Below are positions 38,381 to 44,827 of a stretch of 44,827 nt of DNA, piece after piece; the stretch's first letter is position 1, and every line of letters starts with the position of its first letter. The position numbers and the translations under genes are program-made. Below the pieces are notes generated by a model, which was given only the letters and a program-made list of their open reading frames with translations, was not told the origin of the DNA and made no database searches. Source of the stretch: an uncultured Oscillospiraceae bacterium. Lineage in GTDB: Bacteria > Bacillota > Clostridia > Oscillospirales > Acutalibacteraceae. The stretch covers positions 1 through 44,827 of the forward strand of contig UQVI01000001.1 of NCBI GenBank assembly GCA_900544515.1. The letters run 5' to 3'.

Positions 38381-38684
38381 GACCTGCTGATTTTAGCTGA
38401 GGTACGGTAACGAAGTATTGGTTTTTCGCAGAAATTGCCTGAAATACAGCCAAAAAGCCTCGCAAGACGCAAGTCTTGCTGCGATTTTAAGCAATATTTA
38501 CAGACGAATTTCCTAAGCTACAAAACTGCGAAGCACTTAAAATTGTTAGATTTTTAGTTAGAATAAGGCATAAAAATACCATAAGGCTGACGCCTTATGG
38601 TATTTTTTAACGCAATTATAGCTGAAAAGATAATGATTTTAAGCAACACTTCGTTATCGCGCCTCAGCTTTATGTCAGCAGGTC
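38381..38684. repeat. 304-bp structured palindromic element B (outer inverted repeat plus two long hairpin arms); MITE-like or ncRNA
   Basis: About 40-bp imperfect IR 38381-38420/38644-38684 starting GACCTGCTGA/TCAGCAGGTC; arm 1 ~38425-38532; arm 2 38536-38643 with a perfect 16-bp tip stem. Confidence 0.82.
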
Positions 38685-38696
38685 TGTTTTGTTATG

Positions 38697-39035
38697 TTAA
38701 AAATTAAAATTGTTATATCCCCAGTGGTCTATTTCGGTATATTTTACATAGGTTCTGTCAGGTGAAACGCCGATATATTTTTTAGAAATTTCACAGATGC
38801 GCTTTGTTAAATCGTCATAGGCACTGTCTGATGCCTTGCCGAATATGGCAACCTCAAACATTGCACAAGGCTCGTCACTGCCCTTGAACCACATATCCTT
38901 CTTATCGGTGATTTCAACCATAAGCCAGCTCTCTGTTTTTCCCGGAATGGCTGTGATTGCAGAGCCAAGCTCAGATTTAATAATGGTTTTTGTTTCGGAT
39001 AAATCCTGATTTGTTTTTGCTTCAATAAATGGCAT
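38697..39035 (-). CDS. MIF / phenylpyruvate tautomerase family protein
   Basis: Catalytic N-terminal Pro (MPFI), IPGKTESWLMV, DRTYVKY, WGYN. Confidence 0.88.
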   Translation of the reverse strand: MPFIEAKTNQDLSETKTIIKSELGSAITAIPGKTESWLMVEITDKKDMWFKGSDEPCAMFEVAIFGKASDSAYDDLTKRICEISKKYIGVSPDRTYVKYTEIDHWGYNNFNF

Positions 39036-39047
39036 AGCATTTGCTCC

Positions 39048-40007
39048 TTATAAATGTTTCTCAATAAATGCATCAAGCTTTTTGTGATATCCGACCTCAT
39101 CGGTTTTTATGGACTGCGCGTGGATGGCGTTATCGACAAGATAAAGCTCCTTTTCATTTCCGCAGATTTCATAAAGCTCAATGCTCATTCCGGTCGGAAC
39201 GAAATCATCCTCCTTGCCGTGAACAAAGAGCATAGGAACCTTTGCATTTTTGACAGCATTTCTTACATCGGTATCCTTAAAATCATAACCTGCAAATCTT
39301 TTGTTCATTGCATTTATTACTTTAAGAATTGTGTTTGTGTATTTCACACCTGCAGATTTTGCCACGTGGTCAAATTCATCAAGGGCACTTGTGTAAGGAC
39401 AGTCGGCAACTGCCAGCTTAACCTGGCTCGGTACTTTATCTGACATCTGACAGACTGTTGCACCGCCCATAGAAACGCCGTGTATGATGATTTTTATATC
39501 CTGACCGAATCTGCGGATCAGGTAGTCCAGCCATTCAAGGCTGTCAATGCTTTCAAAATAGTCGTAGCCCATATAAGCTCCACCGCTTTCACCCTGTGCT
39601 ACGTGGTCAACAGAAAGGAAATTATAACCCTTTTCTATGTAATATTGCATAAAGTTGGCAGGGTCACCGTTATGGTCTGTTCGGCAGCCGTGTGCAAAAA
39701 ATACGAAAACATTGCTCTCATTTTTATTTAATGTCAGATAACCTTTCAAAAGGTCACCGCGTTCGGAGGTGATTGAGATTTTCTCCGTCTCCTGCTGCTC
39801 ATTCCATTTCACTTTGTTTTCAGTAAAGGCAATCATATCACTGTAATCGGTTTTGTCACCCATTTCGGAAAGACGTTTGATTATGGACTTTTTCTTTTTT
39901 TCTCTTGCAGTGATTTCTTTATATCCGTCAATTGCTGCTTTGCATAAGCATCCTGCAGCAGCAGTCACAACACCGACTGCTATAAGTTTTTTATTCATTG
40001 ATTTCAA
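39048..40007 (-). CDS. Alpha/beta hydrolase (YqkD-like) with N-terminal anchor
   Basis: FAHG, HGVSMGG nucleophile elbow, VADCPY, HGKEDDFVP, catalytic His in AIHA. Confidence 0.88.
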   Translation of the reverse strand: MKSMNKKLIAVGVVTAAAGCLCKAAIDGYKEITAREKKKKSIIKRLSEMGDKTDYSDMIAFTENKVKWNEQQETEKISITSERGDLLKGYLTLNKNESNVFVFFAHGCRTDHNGDPANFMQYYIEKGYNFLSVDHVAQGESGGAYMGYDYFESIDSLEWLDYLIRRFGQDIKIIIHGVSMGGATVCQMSDKVPSQVKLAVADCPYTSALDEFDHVAKSAGVKYTNTILKVINAMNKRFAGYDFKDTDVRNAVKNAKVPMLFVHGKEDDFVPTGMSIELYEICGNEKELYLVDNAIHAQSIKTDEVGYHKKLDAFIEKHL

Positions 40008-41481
40008 TACCTCTTACTTTTCTCTGCTCGGTCAGCTCCGCTTCCATTCTTTCCTTGTTCTTGCCGCTGATTTTGTAGAAGAACATAGGGATTGCACAAA
40101 GCAGAAGGCTCACACCCGGAACAACAGATACCAATGAGAACATTGCAAAACGCTGATTCATCGCAAGGTCTGTTGCCGCCATAATAACATCAGAGCTGAG
40201 CATTTTTTCAGGTGAGATTCCGATGAACATATACATTACAACAATGCCGGAGGTTGCCAGTGCATTGCCGAGCTTGTTCACAAAGCCCTGACAGGCTGAA
40301 CCGAGAGCATTATCACGGAAGCCTGTTTTCAGCTCCATATAATCAAGGCAGTCGCCAATCATTGCGTAAGAGATTGTGTTGAGTACGCCAAGCGGAATAC
40401 AGGAGATAAGAATAAACGGAATACAGATGTAAAGATTCATTGTAAACCAGCCGATGAGTGTGGTGAATATACTTGCCACAAAGCCGCCGAGACAGGTTAC
40501 AATAACAATCTTTTTATAGTCGAACTTTTTCATAAGCATCGGCATAACGAGCATTGCTCCGAACATACCGACGATTGCGCATACCTGGAAGATTGTTTTT
40601 ACAGTTGATACGCTTGCTTCAATTGCAGCAACACGCTCTGCGTCGCTCATACCCTCAAGCGGCTTGCCGATATAGAATGCATAACGTGCAACGTGAACTG
40701 CAGCAGCCTGCACCATATAACGTCCGCTGGAAAGTACACCCATAAGGATTACGAGCATAAGCGGCTTGCATTTGAAGATTCTGGAAAGTCTGGAGGGCTC
40801 ACCCTTTACAGGCTTTACATCAGGGATTACAACTCTTTCCTTAACGTGGAAATAGGAGTTGGCATAAAGTATAATTCCAATAACGACTGTGAATACAGCC
40901 ATTATCAGATATTTTGTTTTGTTATATTCAAGTCCGTCGGATGCGCCGAGAATATTCGGAAGCACCAGACCTATAACAAGGAACAGCACCTCAGGTACGG
41001 CAGAGCCAATACCGTTGAGAATTCTCGCAAATGAAATCGTTGAGCTTCGTTCCTCCGCATTAGGCGTCATTATATTCGGCAGGCTCCAGAACGGAACGTC
41101 CGCCATTGTGTAAATCATACCCCACGCAATATATACGATTGCGGAATAAATCATAAGTGATGTTTTGTCCATATTCGGACTCAGGTACATCAGTATAGTA
41201 AGTACGCCGATCGGTATGGATGCGTAAATGATGTAAGGACGCATCTTGCCTCTTTTTGTTGTTTTTCGGTCAACAATCATACCCATAAGTGGATCGTTGA
41301 TTGCGTCCCATACCCTCGCCAGCAGCATAAGAAGTAAAACGAACATCGGTGCAAGCTGAAGAACATTAAGGTAGTAGTCACTGATGTAGCTCGACATCAT
41401 GGCATAAATCATACCCTGTCCGAGTGCACCTATGCTGAATGCCCAGCGTTCTTTGTTTTGGATGTAATTTCCCTGTTTCAT
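39991..41481 (-). CDS. MFS glycoside-pentoside-hexuronide (GPH) transporter
   Basis: ARVWDAINDPLMG, GKMRPY, DVPFWSL, DCLDYMELKTG; multiple TMs. Confidence 0.9.
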   Translation of the reverse strand: MKQGNYIQNKERWAFSIGALGQGMIYAMMSSYISDYYLNVLQLAPMFVLLLMLLARVWDAINDPLMGMIVDRKTTKRGKMRPYIIYASIPIGVLTILMYLSPNMDKTSLMIYSAIVYIAWGMIYTMADVPFWSLPNIMTPNAEERSSTISFARILNGIGSAVPEVLFLVIGLVLPNILGASDGLEYNKTKYLIMAVFTVVIGIILYANSYFHVKERVVIPDVKPVKGEPSRLSRIFKCKPLMLVILMGVLSSGRYMVQAAAVHVARYAFYIGKPLEGMSDAERVAAIEASVSTVKTIFQVCAIVGMFGAMLVMPMLMKKFDYKKIVIVTCLGGFVASIFTTLIGWFTMNLYICIPFILISCIPLGVLNTISYAMIGDCLDYMELKTGFRDNALGSACQGFVNKLGNALATSGIVVMYMFIGISPEKMLSSDVIMAATDLAMNQRFAMFSLVSVVPGVSLLLCAIPMFFYKISGKNKERMEAELTEQRKVRGIEINE

Positions 41482-41572
41482 AGCAAAGCCCTCTCCTGCT
41501 TAAGCAAGCGAGATAAATCCGAATAAGTTTTTTATGTACGGATTTATCTCATTTGCTAAATCAAACGGTGAA

Positions 41573-42310
41573 TTATTCTATTATACTGAAATGAGGATAA
41601 TATTTGAATTTAACCTTGCCGAGAATTTTATCCTTGTGAACATATTTGTTGTCCCAGAAGCGTGAATCCCAGCTGGTATTTCTGTTATCACCCATTACAA
41701 AATATGAGTCGGCAGGAACTGAAAACGGTCCATAATCCCCTGAAGGAACACAATTTGTAACAAAGCTGTCGTCAAGCTGTATCTTTTCACCGTCAGTTTT
41801 TGTTACATAAACAATACCGTTTACAATTTCAACCGTTTCTCCCGGAAGACCGATAACTCTTTTAACAAAGCACTGTGTTTCGTCATCGGGATACTTTAAT
41901 ATTATTACGTCGTAGCGCTGGGGGTCTTCGTTTCTATATGCGATACGGCTTGCAATAATCCTGTCCTTTTCCTCAATGGTATTCTTCATTGAGCCTGTAG
42001 GTACAACTGCGTTGGCAAAAACAAAGGTTTTTAAAATCATTGCGGCAATAATTGCAATGACAATCGGAATGCAGAAATCAATTGCATCACGCAGCTTGCT
42101 TCTTTCCTTTTCAGGTTCAGGCTCGTTGTTAACATTTTCGTCAGCAGCTGCGATATGATGATTGTTTTCAAGAGATTCAACTTCTTTTGTGGGGCTTGTT
42201 ATGTCACCGAGCTGTACCTCTGTGTCAAAAATTTCTGCACCGCAATTGGCACATTTGTACCAGTCATCATTTTTTATCAGTGTGTCACATCCGCACTTTT
42301 TACATTTCAT
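41573..42310 (-). CDS. lepB: Signal peptidase I with N-terminal zinc-ribbon extension
   Basis: VPTGSM (Ser), FVKRVIGLPGE (Lys), YFVMGDNRNTSWDSR; N-terminal CKKC...CANC. Confidence 0.92.
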   Translation of the reverse strand: MKCKKCGCDTLIKNDDWYKCANCGAEIFDTEVQLGDITSPTKEVESLENNHHIAAADENVNNEPEPEKERSKLRDAIDFCIPIVIAIIAAMILKTFVFANAVVPTGSMKNTIEEKDRIIASRIAYRNEDPQRYDVIILKYPDDETQCFVKRVIGLPGETVEIVNGIVYVTKTDGEKIQLDDSFVTNCVPSGDYGPFSVPADSYFVMGDNRNTSWDSRFWDNKYVHKDKILGKVKFKYYPHFSIIE

Positions 42311-44655
42311 TATTTTTTCTTCCTTCTTTTACCTACAGTGCCAAGAATCTCTTTAAGGGATATGATTTCGTCGTAAGGAGTAGCCTTATCCTTAACGGTG
42401 AATTCATCGGCACTGCTGTTAAACTGAGTGGACACCTCAGGCTTTATATCAGCGTTATAGCCCGAGCAGTCAAGATGCCTGTCGATATACAGCTTAATCA
42501 TAGCATTCCTTTCTCGCACAATGGTGATTTTGTGCTTGTTTGAGCTGATAATGCTTTCTGAATGAATTTCACAATTATCACACTTAATATGAATGAATCC
42601 CTTTTCAACTGAAATCTTAATGTCATCATTTTCTGCAATTACACAGTTTTCCTCACCATTGTACTGGAAAGAAATTGTGAATTCATTTATGCCTTTCAGA
42701 TAATCATATCTCCTGTCGCTATGGCCGAACTGGAATATCTTAACCTCAAACGGCTTAAGGGTCATATCAATTTTATCGCCGTAGGAATAACTGTCAAAGT
42801 TTTCCGTACCGCTTTCATTATACACATTATATCTTTTAACATCCTTAAGATTCTCAGGGCAGCCCATAAGCTTATTGAGAGTAAGAGTCAACGGTGCTTT
42901 TTCGTCAGTAGGATTTCTCAGTGCGATAATGCCGTCACCGTTTTCAGTCCAGCCGAAATAGCCGTAAACATTATTATCGTCAGGTCTTCCGCCGATGAAA
43001 TTCACTTTCTGAAGAATATCGTAATTGCTCTTCTGCCACTGTAAAACAGATGCAAGTGTTCTCCACTTTGATTTGTTCATCATATTGTAGCTCAGATGAA
43101 GCTCATTAAACGCTTGACCTCTGCAGGCATTGAAATAGAGGTATTTTTCAAATTCCTCATCCGTATAATTAACCTTAGCACAGTTTCCGTATATCGGTTC
43201 GTGATTGTATACATATTTGTTCGGAAGCTGCCATGCCCTTGTGCAGTAGGAGTCGTAATACCTTGAGTCACGGTAGGTAAGCTCTCTGTCAAGCTGAGAC
43301 TGCTTTTCAAGATTATCCGAAAAGCCGATATCCTGACTGTTTTGCAGCCATATGCTGTTGACATACTGAAGCCACCACGGAGAAGGGTTGACATAGCAGG
43401 TCATATTAATCCAGATATCCTTGCCCTGCTGCTTTCTGAGCTTGCGTATGTTTTTGAAAATTTCAATCCAGCCTTCCCACATTTCCGTGAAATAGTACAT
43501 ATCATTTTCACCGCCGACGGTGTGATTATGCTTTGGATTGTTACAAGGCTTTAAACAAAAGCCGTCAAACTTCCAGTAATTGATATCAAAGTCCTTTGTT
43601 GTTTTCAGAATGAAATCCTGAACGTTTTTCTGATAGGTTTTGTCCGCAATACAAATATCTCTTGCATGGGCATTGTAAGCTCCGAAGCCTTTTTTCTCCA
43701 TTCTTTTCGCAAACTGAGCCTGATAATTATATCCTCCGCGAGGACCTAACCAGAGACCGAAGCTTGAGCCAAGACGCTTGGTCATAGCTGTGGAATCGTA
43801 AAGCTGATTGGGAAATTTTTTATTAAAGGACCAGAAAGGTGCTTTATAATCATTCCAGCCGTCGTCTATAACATAGGCATCAAGCGGTGGAACACCGTTT
43901 GATGAAAGATGCTTTTCAACCTCAAAAAAGGATTTTTCAATATTATCTGCATCAATATTGAGCATATGGTCATACCAGCTGTTGTACTGCATACGGAAAT
44001 CGGTTGGAACGGCAATATCATCAATGTAGTCAAAGAATGCTCTTTGCACATCGACCATCATATTGCTTTTGGCACCGCCCATAATGGTTACAGGACAGTC
44101 AAATCTTCCGCTTATATTTTTGCCGAGATAGTATTTCACCTGGCCTATACCGTACACAACGGCATTGAAGGTTGCAGGAAGCTCACAGCCGAAAAACAGG
44201 CTGTCAATATAAAATGGCTGACCCAGTGCAGAGTGGTAAGGACTGAGCTCAGGGCCCTCAATATCCGTCGGTACGCTGAAATGTGTTTTTGAATTGATGA
44301 TACCGATATGCTCAAGGAGAATGTAGTCAATGATTTTGTCATTGCTCTGAACAAAAGAAATCTGTTTTTTTAATGTGTTTCCGTCCTCGCCTGCCCAGAA
44401 GGACATTGTAACCGTAATGCCCTCGCATTCCGCAAAGGTGAAGGAAAGGCGGCCGCGCTCCTGCTTATGGTCTGTAACCTGAAGTCCCTTTGATGTGAAT
44501 TCTGTTCCGTCGGTAAAGTGAAATAAGAATTCAACACTGTTTCCGTCAGGAACAAGATCCATTTTCGACAGGGTGTTTCTGATTTGTGATGCGTAGAGGT
44601 TGCCCTCATATACCTTGAATTCACGCTGGAGTATTCTGCTTTCAAGTCTTAACAT
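42310..44655 (-). CDS. Clan GH-D glycoside hydrolase, probable alpha-N-acetylgalactosaminidase (Clostridium perfringens AagA-like)
   Basis: QYNSWYD, YVIDDGW, GLWLGPRGGY, YWKFDG, NPSPWWL, YNHEPIYG; no signal peptide. Confidence 0.75.
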   Translation of the reverse strand: MLRLESRILQREFKVYEGNLYASQIRNTLSKMDLVPDGNSVEFLFHFTDGTEFTSKGLQVTDHKQERGRLSFTFAECEGITVTMSFWAGEDGNTLKKQISFVQSNDKIIDYILLEHIGIINSKTHFSVPTDIEGPELSPYHSALGQPFYIDSLFFGCELPATFNAVVYGIGQVKYYLGKNISGRFDCPVTIMGGAKSNMMVDVQRAFFDYIDDIAVPTDFRMQYNSWYDHMLNIDADNIEKSFFEVEKHLSSNGVPPLDAYVIDDGWNDYKAPFWSFNKKFPNQLYDSTAMTKRLGSSFGLWLGPRGGYNYQAQFAKRMEKKGFGAYNAHARDICIADKTYQKNVQDFILKTTKDFDINYWKFDGFCLKPCNNPKHNHTVGGENDMYYFTEMWEGWIEIFKNIRKLRKQQGKDIWINMTCYVNPSPWWLQYVNSIWLQNSQDIGFSDNLEKQSQLDRELTYRDSRYYDSYCTRAWQLPNKYVYNHEPIYGNCAKVNYTDEEFEKYLYFNACRGQAFNELHLSYNMMNKSKWRTLASVLQWQKSNYDILQKVNFIGGRPDDNNVYGYFGWTENGDGIIALRNPTDEKAPLTLTLNKLMGCPENLKDVKRYNVYNESGTENFDSYSYGDKIDMTLKPFEVKIFQFGHSDRRYDYLKGINEFTISFQYNGEENCVIAENDDIKISVEKGFIHIKCDNCEIHSESIISSNKHKITIVRERNAMIKLYIDRHLDCSGYNADIKPEVSTQFNSSADEFTVKDKATPYDEIISLKEILGTVGKRRKKK

Positions 44656-44670
44656 AATTTAACCCTCTTG

Positions 44671-44778
44671 TTAAAATTCTTCTTTGATTTCTTCAAGTGC
44701 TTTTGCAAGCTGGTCCGGACAGGAGGTGCCTTTAAAGCCGCACTTAATACCCTTAAGTATACTGATAACCTCGTCCAT
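44671..44778 (-). CDS. 3' fragment of a TSCPD-domain protein (TIGR03905-like), truncated by the contig end
   Basis: Translates to ...MDEVISILKGIKCGFKGTSCPDQLAKALEEIKEEF*; missed by the ORF track. Confidence 0.85.
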   Translation of the reverse strand: MDEVISILKGIKCGFKGTSCPDQLAKALEEIKEEF

Positions 44779-44827
44779 CTGTCTCTTATACACATCTCCG
44801 AGCCCACGAGACTAAGGCGAATCTCGT
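44779..44827 (-). other. Illumina Nextera i7 adapter remnant (N701), reverse orientation; sequencing artefact
   Basis: CTGTCTCTTATACACATCT-CCGAGCCCACGAGAC-TAAGGCGA-ATCTCGT. Confidence 0.99.

Noticed and set aside
2362..44645. Numerous 60-140 aa antisense or alternate-frame ORFs in the track
   Set aside because: They lie within well-supported genes and show no family motifs or convincing RBS
1..44827. 49-bp terminal inverted repeats suggesting a Tn5-like transposon or linear element
   Set aside because: They include the Illumina P7 tail and N701 index; the enclosed genes are core chromosomal and there is no transposase

Overview
Single contig (trimmed ends 52-44778) from a low-GC gut Clostridia-type bacterium; gene order and content suggest an Oscillospirales/Eubacterium-like organism (inference). 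Both ends carry untrimmed Illumina Nextera i7 adapter (index N701), an artefact that mimics transposon ends. The window is mostly core chromosome: secG, a parE/parC-like type IIA topoisomerase pair, rnj-rplI-dnaB-tilS-ftsH, rnhA, fba, an AICAR transformylase, exonuclease III, a flap endonuclease, lepB, RNase P RNA, an FMN riboswitch with ribU, iolJ-iolC and several glycan genes. Two things stand out. (1) Two non-coding ~280-305 bp elements (18199-18478 and 38381-38684) share a Y-shaped fold of an outer inverted repeat plus two long hairpin arms, with the same tip motifs and compensatory base changes but little overall sequence identity; they look like a structured repeat family (MITE-like DNA or ncRNA). 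(2) A cobalamin-riboswitch operon pairs a small homing-endonuclease-repeat-like protein with a 1245-aa membrane-anchored surface protein ending in a transcobalamin-like (DUF4430) domain. No CRISPR array, prophage, transposase, tRNA or rRNA was seen. All family calls come from motif recognition, not database searches.
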